A DNA stretch of 62,996 bases, filler included, from Reticulomyxa filosa (GCA_000512085.1; 21 parts of 21 records of this genome joined end to end with filler, not necessarily neighbours in it); one strand, 5' to 3'. Positions 12,389 to 27,276 are shown, numbered from the whole stretch's first letter. Numbers and translations: made by a program. The notes: generated by a model from the sequence alone, not told the origin.

Positions 12389-13130
12389 TCAAATTGTGTC
12401 GACCAATGCAAATGGAGACACAAATGACGACAAAACAAGATAAAATCCCAACAAAGTCAAAAGCACTAGCAATATAAAACATGGACATTTATCATTGGAA
12501 ACGTCCCATGCAATGCCGACCAACAAGGTGGCCAAGGCCATGCCAAAAAGAGTACTGAAGGCAACGCGAAGGCCGACCAGTTTGCCACTGTGTCTGAAGG
12601 GTTGAATGGTCAAAAGCACAAAGGTTTGAAACATCAGAGCGGCGCCACTGGAAACGCCAGTGACGACCGTGAAAAGCCAATATGCCCACGAGGGCGACTG
12701 GGGATATGCGGAGACGAACATAAGGAAATGGACACCCAAAAACACCCCTGTCCACAAGTAACGAGAGCGATCGCTATGACGATCGCTTACACTCGTCAGT
12801 CTTTCGTCCAATACATAACTCAACACTGCGCCGACTATCATAAACACCGCAATCAACGATAGCTGCGACGTAGGCGTCAAAATACCCACTGAAAAGTGGT
12901 CTTTCATAAATGCCGTGTAATACGTTGCCAGTATCGCGCTCGTCGCGCTTATACAAGCGCACGTTATATACGTGTTAGTCAAAATAAACCTCTCCCAAGC
13001 CGTCAATGGTGGAAAGTTGAGCCACTTGCGTTGTTGTCTGGTTGTCACTTTCGTCTCCTCACTTGTCTCCTCGCTCTTCCAGTCCAAACAAACTGGAAAT
13101 TGGGATGTCTCATTCAATGAAAAATCGTAC
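12389..13130 (-). CDS. MFS-type transporter, C-terminal half
   Basis: About six hydrophobic segments and the MFS C-terminal pattern GKLVGLRVAFSTLFGMALATLLVG. Confidence 0.65.
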
Positions 13131-13423
13131 TCAATTGTCGCTATTACACATACGTATACATTACGTACATGCGCACATATACATATATTTATACATATAT
13201 TTATACATATATGTATATGTATACGTATATGTTTATATACATGTTGAACCGTGCATGTGAAAACACGTATACGTCATGCATATTGTCATAACGACTAAAA
13301 AAAAAAATTTTTTTTTTTTTTAANNNNNNNNNNNNNNNNNNNNNNNNNNNNNNNNNNNNNNNNNNNNTTAATTAATTAANNNNNNNNNNNNNNNNNNNNN
13401 NNNNNNNNNNNNNNNNNNNNNNN

Positions 13424-15258
13424 CAATCACAATCACAGTCACATTACTTCAAGCCCCCAAAGTATTGGTACGAGCATTACGAATGGGACGACGAGTTGGC
13501 ACAGCAAGTATCCCGCCTGAGTCACTTGACGACGGAGAAAACGATAGAACTGCTCGAGCAGTGTTCGAACGAACACATGGAGAAACATGCAAGTGCACGT
13601 GCGACCGAGAGTCTGTTGGACCAATTTTACAGCGTCATTTATTCCGGCGACAAATATCTGAATGATAAGGAAAGGAACGCCAAGCCCAAGTTCATGCAAA
13701 CCGAGCGTTTGCATCCATTCTCGCAACACGGTAAAGATAACAGCAGCGGCGGAGGTGACGACAACGACAACAACGATGACGACGAAATACTCACGTCATT
13801 TTGCGACATTTTGAGAGACATTGTTATTGAAATGTTGAAGGCCAGGTATATCATGGATCACCATCCCATGATTTATGTGCCAAGGACCTTTGTCCATGTC
13901 AAATTTGATTTGGTAAACTACAAACTAAATCCATAAGCGTTGTACTCTTCTCTCTCTCTCTCTCTTCCATGTTACAATCCATATGCTCTTTACTTAACAC
14001 ATATACCAAAAAAAAAAAAAAAGGGGTCTAACAACAATCCCAATATTTATATCTACTTATACAATATATGCTTATATATTCATTTATTCATCTATTCATT
14101 TGCTCATATATGCAATATCAAATCGAAAGAAAAAAAAAACCCTTTGCTTTTGAAACAAAGGTGTCTTTGGAGACTGCCCGTGAGCTGGCGGAAAACACCT
14201 TTGGTGCCCAGGACGTCCATGACTGCAAGGTGACGGACGACAACGTGCGAGAGTGGCTGGAAGGGTTCGAGTGGGAATTCCAAGGCAACTTGACCCTCGC
14301 CGAAGTGGGACGAGAGAACAAGCGCTATCTATGCACCGGCTGTGGACGTGAGATCCCCCAAAGCGGCCCGGGCGCTTCCTCCAGGAAATATCCGGTTTAC
14401 ATTACGCCTTCCGCAGATGTCCAGTTCGTTTTCCATAGCAGACAATGTGTCGTTAAGCGTGCTTTTTGTTAATAGTGTTTTTTTAAAATTAAAAATTTAA
14501 AAAAAAAAAAAAATGCATATGCATATGTACGTATACATATACATGTACATATACGTATGTATGTATATGTATATGTATATGCATATGCATATTGAACATT
14601 AGTGTCCTCACTTTTTTTAAAAAAAAAAAATGGTTGAAATGAACCCGAAATGTGCAAATGTTAAAATGGAAATAGAAATTACGAAAACTGAAAGAGGCAA
14701 TTCGACTGTTTGTGTTTTATGTGGAAGTGGGTGAAGAGGTGCCGGGATACGAGCCGCCGCAGACACTGGCGGAGCAAATGATGCAGTTTTTGAAAGTGAA
14801 ATCGGCGGTGATATCATTGTCGCAAGCGACGCCACTACCGTTGCCGACACCACCGGAAAAGCGGGAAGCGAATATCGTGCGCGAAGTGGTATCGCTGTTC
14901 GACAGGAACAAAGCAGACAAAGAGCGCGCGCTCAAGTTCACCCGCGAGCGCAAGGTAGCAGCCTTGCGATTGTCTCGACGAGAACAGTTTCGTCGTTACT
15001 ACCACATCAAAAAGGCAAGCAAGAGAGACAAAAGTCCAATTGGGATCGCGCTCATCACCCACACGTGCACAAGGGCGATGGAGTGGAAGAAGCAGACGAC
15101 GAGGCAATGGGTCGAGGGACTTATCGTCGAGGTAACAAGGATGACTTGTTGTTTGATGAAAAAAGGGGCAATGGACAAGCAGCAAGTGGTAGTAGTGGTA
15201 ATAACAACAGTAATAACAACAGTAATATCAATAATATCAATAATAATAATAATAATAA
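13424..15258 (+). CDS. Hypothetical multi-exon protein fragment with CxxC...HxxxC putative Zn-binding motif
   Basis: GC-richer open exons at ~13424-13913, ~14130-14457 (CTGC...HSRQC) and ~14695-15258, separated by AT-rich introns. Confidence 0.55.
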
Positions 15259-16142
15259 NNNNNNNNNNNNNNNNNNNNNNNNNNNNNNNNNNNNNNNNNN
15301 NNTTAATTAATTAANNNNNNNNNNNNNNNNNNNNNNNNNNNNNNNNNNNNNNNNNNNNACGATAAAAGATAATGAGAATAATATGTATGTGGACGTTTGC
15401 ATAGACGAAAAAATGAAGCGAGTGCTGTGTGACAAAACCAGAGAGCAACAACTCGTTCTCGCCGAAAAAACGTGTGAAGAACAAAAGAAAATTCAAACAC
15501 GCTTAAAAACAGGTCAAACAAAAGGCAAAAAAAAAGCCAATGAAAATCACTTTTAAACAGCACCTTGCCAATCACAAGCTTCTTGAAATCTTTTTTTTTT
15601 GTTCGGTTGAGAGGAAAGAGAAGGGGGAAGGAGAAAGAGGGAAAAAAAAAAAAAAGTGTACTATTCAAGTGTTTTTTTTTTTTTGGCCAGTTGTCTTTAG
15701 TTTGTCCATTTTATGTGTACTTGTTCAATCGTGTATCAAGTTTTCAATAACCCAATTTTTTGGTCCCTTTTTTTCACAATCAAAACACTTAAAGTCACCT
15801 ACATCCTTTTCTTTTAAATAAAAAATTAATCACGAAATAAATGCTTTCTTTTTCTCCACAAAAAAAGAAGAGATATGTTCACAGCAATTGTTTTGAAAAA
15901 AATTTACAAATAACTTACACGTTTTGTGCTTGTACGTAGGCAAATGTAACACTTTTTAATAAAATCAGAAACATGATTTTTGGATTTAATGATGGTGCTA
16001 GTGAATTAAACAAACACAGCGGAACATATCATTAGAATACTTTTTTTTTTGTAGCAAATAATGTTTTAAAGTACGTACAGTTATTGAATAACCAACAAAA
16101 AAAAAAAAAATGATGAACAAGAGCGTGTCATTGTGGTGGGTA

Positions 16143-16541
16143 TTATGGTGTAGTACTTTGGTTGTATGGACGATATTGGTGACGACTGGCGACATGACCG
16201 CATGTCCGTCGGACGACCCTTGCCTTGTGTGCAATCACATGCAAAACTGTTCGACAGAAAACTGTGTGTGACATTGCTAGCAAACCGACACAACGTGGAC
16301 ACATCAGCGAGGGGTTGTTAGCATGCATTTTTAGATGGCGTAAGTACCACCCCTGATCGGCAAGTATACGTAGACAAAAATGACACAATCGCCATCTATG
16401 GATACGGATAGAAGGACCATCGCTTGCCACTACGAGAAATCCCCTGGACAGATGCCCTTCATCATCTTTGTCAAGGCACAGACGCAGTAGATCTTCGAAA
16501 TCGCGTAGAACATTCATCGCAATAAGAATGGCATACACCAA
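16143..16541 (-). CDS. C2H2 zinc-finger protein fragment
   Basis: CHFCLRILADQGWYLRHLKMH, followed by a degenerate second finger (CPRC). Confidence 0.5.
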   Translation of the reverse strand: MVYAILIAMNVLRDFEDLLRLCLDKDDEGHLSRGFLVVASDGPSIRIHRWRLCHFCLRILADQGWYLRHLKMHANNPSLMCPRCVGLLAMSHTVFCRTVLHVIAHKARVVRRTCGHVASRHQYRPYNQSTTP

Positions 16542-16622
16542 ACATACTCGATTACAACTTCACTCCAACAAGAACACATGCCTGTTATATCACGAAGGGA
16601 TTGAACGGACAATATTGCCACA

Positions 16623-16654
<32 letters not shown>

Positions 16655-16776
16655 TGTGACAATGTTGGTTTTCATTNNNNNNNNNNNNNNNNNNNNNNNN
16701 NNNNNNNNNNNNNNNNNNNNTTAATTAATTAANNNNNNNNNNNNNNNNNNNNNNNNNNNNNNNNNNNNNNNNNNNN

Positions 16777-16810
<34 letters not shown>

Positions 16811-16853
16811 AAATAAAAAACAAACAAAAAAAAAAAGATATGAATTTGGTGTA

Positions 16854-18498
16854 ATGCAGAAGTCACTGTGGGAAAGACCAGATTGCGTTCCACCACCAGA
16901 GGAGTGGTGGGTTGAAATGCAGACGACCAGTGGCAAAATGTATCAAAACATTGTAACTAAAGAAATGACGACGAAAAGACCTGCAGAATTGGGCAAAGAG
17001 GCGGATGGCGATAGACAAGAGGAACACTCACCAAAATACGAAGAAGGAAGCGCGGTCGATAGCATACCCACAAATACGGTCGGAGAAAGCAAGACGTCAG
17101 AACACAACGCAACTTCCACCACATTTGCAAATAAGAGTATCCCCGTCAAACCAAAGATTAAATGTTAAGTTTCTATTTTTTTTTTTTTTTTTCAAAGTTG
17201 TTGTAATTCGATTTGTTATGTCATTACTTTGTGTGTCCAGTGGTGGAAGGAGTATCCGATGAGAGCAGCGACGAAGTAACAATTGACAACAAAGGAAGAG
17301 AGCAGCACAAACCAAAAAATGCACAAAGCAAAACGATCAAAATCGCTCCATTGGGTATCTCAAAGTCGGGTGTCGCAAGCAAAAGTAAAAACTTGAATGG
17401 CAATGGGACGAAGGTGTCATTGAACGATTACAGTGATAAGAAGGACGAACAATCCTTACAACGTATTGGCCAAACCATTTCATCACTATATTTACTAATT
17501 GCTATTATATTCCTTTTTTTTTTTTTTTTTTTTGCTCCCTTTTCTTTGTGAATGAATAATCAATACACATATGTATATGATATATATACATATGTATATG
17601 ATATATATACATATATATATGTATATATATTTATATATATAAAAGAAATGAAAGTGGACAAATCTCAATTCCGTGTGGAGAATAGCAGCTATTTGTTAAA
17701 GGCACATAAAAAATATGAATCATTGAGCGCAGCAAAAAAAGCATTTCAAAGCCTGCTAAGGGACAAACGAATAGGCCCAAACGATGCATGGATAAGTGTG
17801 TTGCCAAAAATTGCAGGGCAAGAACGCTATGATGCTCTGAAGAAAGTAGAAGATAAAAAACTGGCACTGCGGGAATACCAAGAGGAATTGAAACTTGAAA
17901 TTGAAAAAAAAAAAAAGGAAGAAAAAAAAATGTGTGAAGAAAGGTTTGTCCAAATGCTAAAAGAAAAAATGGACACGTTGAATCCGAATATGTCGTTGCG
18001 AGAGGTGTATGTACTGTTGAATAATGATGCACGATTCAAAGCAGAGGAATTGACATCCCCCTTCAAAGACGACCTCATTCTGGAGTGCTTGAAAGACTTG
18101 AAACATCTTGAAAAAAAGCGAAAATTGGAAGAAATGGAAGAGAAATTGAAACGATTGGAGTCGTTGTTGCTAGCACATGGACATATTCACTCCAAATTGG
18201 AGGCCAAAGAATTCAAGAATATCTTGAAAGACAACACGGACTGGAATCAAGTTTGTTTCTTTGTTCAAAGTGTGTGTTTCATTTTATGTATGTCAATAAA
18301 TAAATAAACATGTACACGTATAAATACATATATACATATATGTATATGTGGACCTCGTTTGTTCAATGCAGCTCTCACGAAACGAGCAAGATGATTTGCT
18401 AAAGAAAGTTGTTCGAGAACTGAAAAGAAAGGAGAGCGAAAAACAAAAGGAAAGACAAAAAAAGTCGGAAATGGAAGTGGACATACAGAACAACAAGC

Positions 18499-18534
<36 letters not shown>

Positions 18535-19512
18535 CTGACAATGCTAACAAGTGCTTGATCAAAGACATGGAAAAGCCGATCAACGACGAACATAATAAAC
18601 ACGAGAAAAAAGGCAATGAGATGGAGTCATCATCCACGAGCGAACAACAAGGACACAAGAATGAGGAGAGAGCCAATGTCATTGCCCCTATGAATCTAAT
18701 CGAAGAAGAAGAGAAAAAGCGAAGCCAAGCCCAAAGCGATCCTCTAATAGATAGTCATGACAAAGTCAACAGCAAGGCTATTCCCAATTCCGATACGCAG
18801 AACCCTTCTTCAAACAAAAGTAAAAGCAAAAGCAAAAGCAAAAGTAAAATTGCAAGTCGAAATCGTGATCACAAACATAAATCCAGAAAACATACCAGAG
18901 CACGCTCGCGTTCATCCTCTATGTCACGATCTGATTCTCGTTCTCATTCTCATTCTCGTTCTCGTTCTCGTTCTCGTTATTCCCACTCGCATTCACAATC
19001 ACATTCGCGAGATAACAAAAGATTGTCGTCGGATCGTAAATCCAGAAAAAGATTATCGAAACAACCATCCTCTTCCAAAAAAGAGCCAACGCTTGAGTCT
19101 CAAGACGGCAATCGAAAACAGGTTGTCCACATCAACGCAGTGCATGATTCCGTTCAAAAACCCGACGCAAAATCCACCTTGAATGGACGTCAGTCGCCAT
19201 CCACGAAACGAAAAGACGGAAACACTGCTAAATCCACGCAGAGCGGAACGCATGGTCTCGAACAAAACGACGACAAGCAAAAGGACAATAAGCATCACAG
19301 CAAACCACATTCGAGCAAAAGCAAGAAAAAAAGTTCCACGTCCGCCAATGAAAAGCGCAAAAAAACAAAAAGTTCTCACAAAGAGTCGATGGAAAACGAG
19401 TTATTGGATTTACTCGCCGAACTGTCTTACAAAAGCAAACAGCCTCTGTTCCATGCCAAAACGCAATGGGAAGAACTTCATCAATTCCAACAATTCACGT
19501 TGGACCCCAGGT
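16854..19512 (+). CDS. PRP40: PRP40/PRPF40-like WW + FF domain splicing factor with RS-rich region, partial
   Basis: WW remnants (SLWERP; WVEMQTTSGKMY..NIVTKE...RP), FF domains (AKKAFQSLLRDKRIGPNDAW...RYDAL; EERFVQML...DARF), SR/SH dipeptide tract at ~18900-19010. Confidence 0.75.
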
Positions 19513-19630
19513 TGATGTGTGTTTTGTTTGNNNNNNNNNNNNNNNNNNNNNNNNNNNNNNNNNNNNNNNNNNNNTTAATTAATTAANNNNNNNNNNNNNN
19601 NNNNNNNNNNNNNNNNNNNNNNNNNNNNNN

Positions 19631-20709
19631 CAAAGAAGTACAAGAAGACAAGAAGCACAAGAAGCACAAGAAGCAAAAGAAGTGCAAGAGATGCATGATA
19701 ATTGCAAGGAGACACAGACGGATTTGGAAACAAGCAAGGACGTTGCATTTGATGCCACGATCATGGACAACAATGTTGGGAGAGAAGAAAAGATTGTGAC
19801 AATGAACAAGACGGAAAAGGTGGTTCGAATGACGGCGACAGAGCGTTTGGGATATGAACAACAGCAGTATAAAAAGAGACTAAGCAAGGTGTTGAACGAC
19901 AAAAAAGGATTGGTAGACGTCGTCGAAGTCGAAACGAACAAACAAAGTCGACATGCGAAAAAGTATTACGGACTCAGTGAAATAGAAGAAAACACACTTC
20001 GCAATACCTTTGGGACGGCGAAGCGATTGGTGTTGTATGCGTATGACGTATCACGCGCGGATCACATAAGCGTACCTGACATCCCCATTGGAGAGCCCTT
20101 GGTAAGGACAGCCCCCGAACATGTGTCGAAATTGCAAAAGCGCACTTTGCAAGCGTATGCGCTGTCGAAGAAGTCCAAGTATGCGTACGATCCTTACATT
20201 TGCTACAAAGCTCTTTGTTTGACCAATGACAATGAAAGCAAGGCCATTCAATGGTTTTCGACCAATCGAGAACAACCTGACACACTTCGCAAAGTTGCAC
20301 CTTTGGCTCGCTACATCGTATGTCAACATACGCCTATGATCGCCACGGAAACTAATGAAAACATGTTCACCAATTGCTTGTTTTATTGCAGTGGACATCA
20401 GTTGGTCGTGCTTATTCCACCACATGTCCAACCGTGGAATTCTTCTGATAAACACGTCGGTCGTGTTTACAATTTGAAAGATGGGTCGTTTATTCAAGAC
20501 GTCAAAGACATCAAGTTCCATAACAATGTTCGCTTCACCCGACTTTCCATTGATCCTTTGAATAATCTCATTTGGGGCATTTCCATCGCAAATGACTTTG
20601 TCATTCAATCCTTTGCCAATCATGGGCCTGGTGCCTACTTTTATGAAATGGCCGATACCGTCACCTCACAAGATCAGTCTCAATTACAATCACAATCACA
20701 ATCACAATC
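19631..20709 (+). CDS. Internal fragment of a large UBA-containing protein (possible giant E3 ligase)
   Basis: Whole contig is open. UBA-like YDPYICYKALCLTNDNESKAIQWF; FYCSG and IDPLNNLIW segments recall HECTD4/MYCBP2-type N-terminal regions (weak). Confidence 0.45.
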
Positions 20710-23399
20710 NNNNNNNNNNNNNNNNNNNNNNNNNNNNNNNNNNNNNNNNNNNNTTAATTAATTAANNNNNNNNNNNNNNNNNNNNNNNNNNNNNNNNNNN
20801 NNNNNNNNNAAACACACAAATACTCAAAAAATGGAAGGAAGTTGTTTTATGGAACACTTTAAAAGTCAAAAAAACTCAGGACGACCAAAGACTTTTTGGT
20901 CACGTTCTGATCTTGAGATAAGGAGCATAGAATTTTTGTGCTTGTCTTCTTCGATGAACTGTTCACGTTCCCACTTCACAGTATGGAGCTCTTTGTTCAT
21001 GTACGAAACAACACAAGCCAAAACAAGTTTTGAGATAAAAGCTTTTTTTGTAACTCACTGGCAATCTGATTCGAGCACAAGTACATGTACAAGTCCCATA
21101 TCATTTCAAACAATTTGTTTTTTGACAAATAAATAACAATAATAATAAAATAGCATTTTTTAACCAAAAGAGTGTGAAGAAAGTACTTTAAAAAATCACA
21201 ATTTGAATATATTTGATAATAATTTGATCGAAATCATCGATCCAACCTAATTTATCTTTGAAATTTGAACCCAATCCTGAAAACAAATTTTATTTCATTT
21301 TTTACTGTTCATTATTTGTTAATAATGTCACACAATCAAATTTATTTTTCAAACAAATTACCGAATGTGAAACATCACTGTACAATTTTGTGTCATGTAT
21401 GTTAATATATCATTGTTTCATTTTCTTAAAATAAAAAGTGTATTGCATATAAGATATGTGGTATATGTTATTTCTCTTTGTTAAAATCGAAAATACATTA
21501 ATAATTTTGAAAATGGTTTCAAATTCCAATTTATCAATTCTCTTTGATGTAAAATTTTAATGGAATATGCCGTTTACAATTACAATAACATTATCTAATT
21601 GACATAAAGTGCATTTAAATAAATACACTGTACCGACAATGAGCACATGCATAACACATTTTAAAAATTTTTTTTGTTCAGAAGTAATAATTTATTTATT
21701 GCGAGAGGAGTTTTGCATTAATAATTTAAAAGTAATATTTGAAATATAAAATTTGAATGTTATGTCTCTTACTTGAAAAAGAAATGTTTTAGGGATAAAA
21801 CCAAAGTGTATTTGTTGCACTTCCGTGAATGAAAAATTTGGCTGACAAAGTGTTTTGTGAGAGGTATGTAACACCAAATAATTGTTTATTTTTTTGATGA
21901 AAAAAGTCGCCCAGGCTGAGATTGGTGATAGAGCGTTTGATTAGTACTGAATTAACATTTTTTGTTGTAAAGTTTTTTTATTAATATTATTTCTGAAATA
22001 TTTGTGTGTTTTTTGCTTGATAGGATAGCAAAATTTGAGAATGATATTGCGAAAACGTGTTGCACTAATTTTTATGAAACGCGTTGGCTAGTAAATACAA
22101 AGGTTCAATTCTCGAATTTGAATGTTTTTAAAATTGTTGTATTTTTTTTTGTACAGTTGTATTATTTGGGATTTTAAAGTGAATTTTTGTTTGATAAAAC
22201 AATCGACTTTGATTGACGTCAAATTTTTTTACTTGGTAGCCAGTTTTCTTAAAGAGAAATGTTTTATTTTAGTCATGTAAATCAAATTACAAAAAAAAAA
22301 GTCTTAACTGCCAACAAGAAATATCTATTCCTTTTGTAGTATTGTAACAACTAAACTAAACAACGCGAAGTTAGTATAAGTTTTTTTCTTGGTCCATACC
22401 TTTCTTTTTGTTTCCCCCTTTTTTTTTGTACAAAATTTATGGAAACACCTCATTACATTTTGGATTACTCTAGGTTAAAAAACAAACTTATGACAAAGAC
22501 TAATTAACAGTTTAGAGGTTATAATGTTTGAAGTTATTATTCACTAGAAACATTTGTGGTTTTTTTGCATTAAATTATTTTTGTTCATTAGTCTCAAATA
22601 TTTGCAATATCTGAATATATTCAATTAAATTATATTGCTGTGCAGAAACACTTCCTTAGGAGATTTACAAACAACAATTGCACAATTACACTAATGACAA
22701 AAACAGAGCATTCTTTGATAAGCAATCAAAAATTTTATAATATTAAAATAAATTATAATTGTGAATGAATTGACTCATTTGTTTTCATCATTTTGACTTT
22801 ATTATAAAAGCAGTTAAATAATTTTTATCAATATTTAACTTATTCAAGTTACAGATATCAAAAATCTCTTTTAATTTCCTGATTATGCTTTCTCAAAAGA
22901 AGATCTAACTAAAAAATGCTTTCTTGCAAAGCGACAATTTTACATTTCAACACTGACAAATGTTTTATCTACCGCTATACTCATAGATTGAAAAATAGGT
23001 TTATTTTTTATTATAAAGATTTAAGTTGAAGAAAAATGTTTTTCTTATGCAATCGATAATGGGGAATCTCGCTAAACAAGTTTAAAAACATTTCAACTTG
23101 TGGGCCTATATAAAAACGAGTTCTATTATATTGATGACTTTTGCTGTAGTGTTACTGTGAATTGAGAATATTTTGTTTTTTTCTTCATCTCCTTTTTTAT
23201 TTTTTCAAGTACTACTTGGGTCGGTTGAACACTTAGATAATTTTATATGTGCTAGTAATTTCCTTTGTTGGGATATAAAATATAATTTTATGAATTTTTT
23301 GAAAGTTTTCGTCATTTCAACAATTGAAACAATAAAAATATCAAATTATTATTACTTACTACAGTTCATAATACATTTATTATGTTTTTTTGTGTTATG

Positions 23400-23840
23400 T
23401 AAATTACAAATCAACATGCTACGACTTGAGACAAGGCTTGTCAATAAAAAAGACTGTTTTTTGTTTATATTATTGCAATCGTGTTATCTATATTTGCCAT
23501 GAAAACAGAAATCTTTCTTTTTAATGTAATTTCAAAAAGAAAAAGAGTCAATAAAACTAATTCATTAAGCAATAATTGATAGTTTTTCTTCACTCCAAAA
23601 AACATTTCTTTTTTAGGTAATAATAGAATATATTGTTCTTTTGATGTTTTGAAATAGCAGAAATTGTTTGAATATATCAAATCTTTTATTTCACTAACCA
23701 AGCAAAATGTCTTGCAAAAAAAGAAAATTTTACTCCAATTCCGCATCAAGTTTATTGATTCGTTCTTGTGAAAAGAAAAAGTAATTTGTATTTTATTTGA
23801 GCCACCGAGCAATAATGCACTTTTATCTTTCAAAAAAGGA
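23400..23840 (-). pseudogene. Possible decayed Kelch-like repeat remnant
   Basis: ALLLGGSNK motif in fragmented, stop-riddled AT-rich sequence; weak. Confidence 0.2.
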
Positions 23841-24352
23841 TATCAATTTAATATTTGAATTTGCTGGTTTTCGTTTTTTTCATCACCTTTTTTTAAAAGG
23901 AAAGTCAAGCTACTTAACATTAACAACATGGCTAATTGAATCAAATAATTGTAATCAATCCTTTCACAGACATACAACCATTCAAGAAATTACCAAGCTG
24001 TTGGGTAAAATCATCATTCAAAAGAATATACAAACACATTTAAGAAAAAAAATAACGTGTTCACTGCTAAAAGAAATTTAAAAAAAAAGCGTCACTTGGT
24101 TGGGTTGTATGATGTTTAGTATTGTATTACTGTAATAAATGATGACTCAAGATGTTATTCTTATCATACACCCAAAAACGAATACAGTAGATTGCAAAAA
24201 AAACTGACATACCTAAATGGCACTATACAAAGAGAATCGATTTTCTCCATGANNNNNNNNNNNNNNNNNNNNNNNNNNNNNNNNNNNNNNNNNNNNTTAA
24301 TTAATTAANNNNNNNNNNNNNNNNNNNNNNNNNNNNNNNNNNNNNNNNNNNN

Positions 24353-24935
24353 AAACATTTCACTGCTTCATTTTTCTGTTCACAAAAGTACATTAGTTTT
24401 TTTTTCTTTTACAAAAAAAAAAAGGGAAAAAAAAAAAGGGAAAAAAAAAAGAGGGGAAAAAAAAGGGAAGAAGAAAAAAGGTCGTCAAAAGAATCAAAAA
24501 CAAATAAAAAACTGTGCAATTTCCAAACCACGAATACCAGTATACGTAAGCAACAAAAACGCACACGTTACTGCATAAGATAATACTGTTTGAACCTTGT
24601 CTCACCCATGGAATCAAAAGCATCAACACCAAGTAAATTCCGATTGCAAACCAACTGGCATAATCGAATACTGGGGTTTCCCAGCAAGAAAATCCTGACA
24701 AAAGTCGCATCAAGTGCCAGTCGGGGTCCATTTCTTCTCGTGAAAGTTCGCTTCGTCTCGCCCCGGTGCTGTTGTTGTTCGGCGTGCCATTGCTTTCTCC
24801 TGCCAAAGATGTATTTGTTTGCTCCTCTCGCTGTTCACTGAGGGAATTATATGTCACCCCTCTTTGATCAGATAAAAGATGTTGGTCCATTTTGGACTCG
24901 TTATCTTTATGTGAATTTTTGAAGTTCACTAACAC
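24353..24935 (-). CDS. Hypothetical membrane protein, 5' part
   Basis: Open exon with a polar N-terminus and two hydrophobic segments, then a T-rich intron; truncated by the contig edge. Confidence 0.55.
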
Positions 24936-25331
24936 TTACACCCTCCAAACTGGAGAGCAGTCGTTTATTTTAAACACAATTCAACGTCTATTATAATGGC
25001 TTAAAACTACGAACATTATAAGCATTTGATAATTCATATATGAATTTAAACAGGTGGTATGTTTTCAATTATTTCAGTAGCTCAATCTTAAAAGAATGAA
25101 AAGAAGAGAAAGTTAAAAGTAAATAGATTTGAAAATTAGAAATGAAATCAAAAAAAGTAAGTTGGAGATCATTTAAAATGCAAAAGGGGCAAAGATAATG
25201 ACATGCACTAGTCCCTTTTTGTAGTCTGTTGAACAAGTAGGTACAAAAAAACTCTAGTGACAAAAAAAACTTCCCTTTTCTAAAACAGTATACCCGCTCC
25301 ATTTAAAAAATTTCATTAACTTAAAAAGGAC

Positions 25332-26423
25332 ATGTCCGAGGCAGAGCAATGTTTGAATTCTTGTATTGAGACTCTGGACACATATTTGAGTTGTTTTTCT
25401 AACGGGGCTTGTGACTGGGAGCTATCGGTTGCAAAAGAAATTGTGAATTGTCAAGAATTAATGAACAAAGAAAATCGACTTACCCAACAAAAATTGCAAG
25501 AAAGAGTGAAAAGTTGAATATATGTATATGTTACAATAATATGTGATAATGTACAAGTGTGTCATTATAATAAAACAACACAAACTACGAAGAGCAACAA
25601 GAAATAAGTGAATCATATAAGCAATTGTCATCAAAACCAAAAATCGAAATGTTTCAATCAATGTTGAAAGACTTAAAACAAAAACAACATGATTTATCAT
25701 CTGAAATTCAGCGAGTGGACAATGAAATAAGGTTCTTTGTATTGTATAATATTCATCAATTCGATTTTCAATAAATAAATGCATATGTATATTTTTGTTA
25801 ATATGTGTACACAGCGAAAAACAAAAAATACTATTTAACTTTGAATCACAACAATCGAGCATTTTAAAAGAAACAAAAATCAAAATTTCTGAAATTCAAT
25901 CAACAATGAAAGCTCTTACGTTTAATATATACATATATGCATATATATTTATTTCTTATGTACTTATTTTTTGTACATATTATAATTACACAATATTAAG
26001 AGATCGATTAAACTTATATGGACACATGATAAATATTGAATGGGCCGAAGACAATGATGAGCGAGTGGAAGGATGTAATAAAATACATATACATATATAA
26101 TAAACAATATCGATCTGTTTTAAAGATTTTTAAAAAACATGAAATAAAATAAAATAGTTGTATTTTTGGAAGATGGATCAAAATTAACAAGGTTCACTTT
26201 TGATCGCAACCTTGTCTCTGAGGCGGACATTTGTCATTTCCTTTGGGAATTTATTTCTGGTTCTTCCACTTCCACTACCATTGTTAGTGGCCTGTTTCCA
26301 GTGATCCACGACACGACTGAAAATCATTCACACGCTTGTGATGATCAATTCCTTACAGTGAAGAAACCTTTTTGCTATTTTTTGAGGGCAGTTTCTGCAT
26401 ATGCCATTTTGTTAGGAAACTGA
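25332..26423 (+). CDS. SPC24: Kinetochore Ndc80-complex subunit Spc24-like, multi-exon
   Basis: Coiled-coil exons, then the Spc24 RWD pattern LNLYGHMINIEW...RVEG|...FTFDRNLVSEADICHFLWEFI. 3' end uncertain. Confidence 0.7.
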
Positions 26424-27276
26424 TTTTTGGATTTTTCTTTTCTGTTTTGGCTATTTAACTTTGCTTTTTTATCCTTCAAAAATAAAGTTCTTATTTCATT
26501 AATCTCTATTCCTTATTTTTCTACAAAAGTTGCTTCTTTTGTGCAGTACTGTTGCACTTTATGTTATGATCCCAGAAATAAAATGCTGTGGCGGATATAC
26601 AAGTTTGCTTTTCTAAAAAGGCTAAAACAGTTCATATATTAATACTTACTGTATTTCCTTTTGTTTCAAAAAAAAGTATTTGTTTTCATGAAATAATGCT
26701 GATAGAGCCGATATCTAATTGATTGTTTATAAATAATACAATTTTAGATACATAATATTTATTAACAAACGACTGATACCTTTATATAAACCGTANNNNN
26801 NNNNNNNNNNNNNNNNNNNNNNNNNNNNNNNNNNNNNNNTTAATTAATTAANNNNNNNNNNNNNNNNNNNNNNNNNNNNNNNNNNNNNNNNNNNNTCTTT
26901 TTTGTTACTTTGCTGCTTCTCTTTTGTTTTTATATTTGTTTTGATTGGAAGAATCCATCAGTAAATTTGAAAAATGTTTTGTCAGTTGGGGATATTTGCG
27001 CCATCATAAATAATTGATTATTTTTTTCTGATACTTGGCTTGTTTGTTGCTAATGATGAAAGTTGATATAATTTCTTTTTTATAGATTGTATTTTATGTG
27101 ACAAACAAAGTATAGTATGGCAATGCAAATTTTGAATTTACAAAAGTGAGAAAAATATGAATTAAAATATTGTATGCAACTGTTTTTTAAACTTGAAAAG
27201 AGTAAGGAAGAAAAATAGAGCGAAAAAAGTTGAAGTTTGTAAGAAAGGGAGCATTGCAAAATTATCCTTTGTGATC

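Noticed and set aside
18480-19010. (AAT)n, AAAAGC and TCTCGT tandem repeats as arrays
   Set aside because: They encode poly-Asn, KS and RS low-complexity protein tracts.
21909-22115. tRNA-Thr(AGT)-like fragments (GCTGAGATTGGTGATAGAGCGTTTGATTAGTA; GGTTCAATTC)
   Set aside because: No complete cloverleaf can be built; at most a decayed tRNA or SINE remnant.
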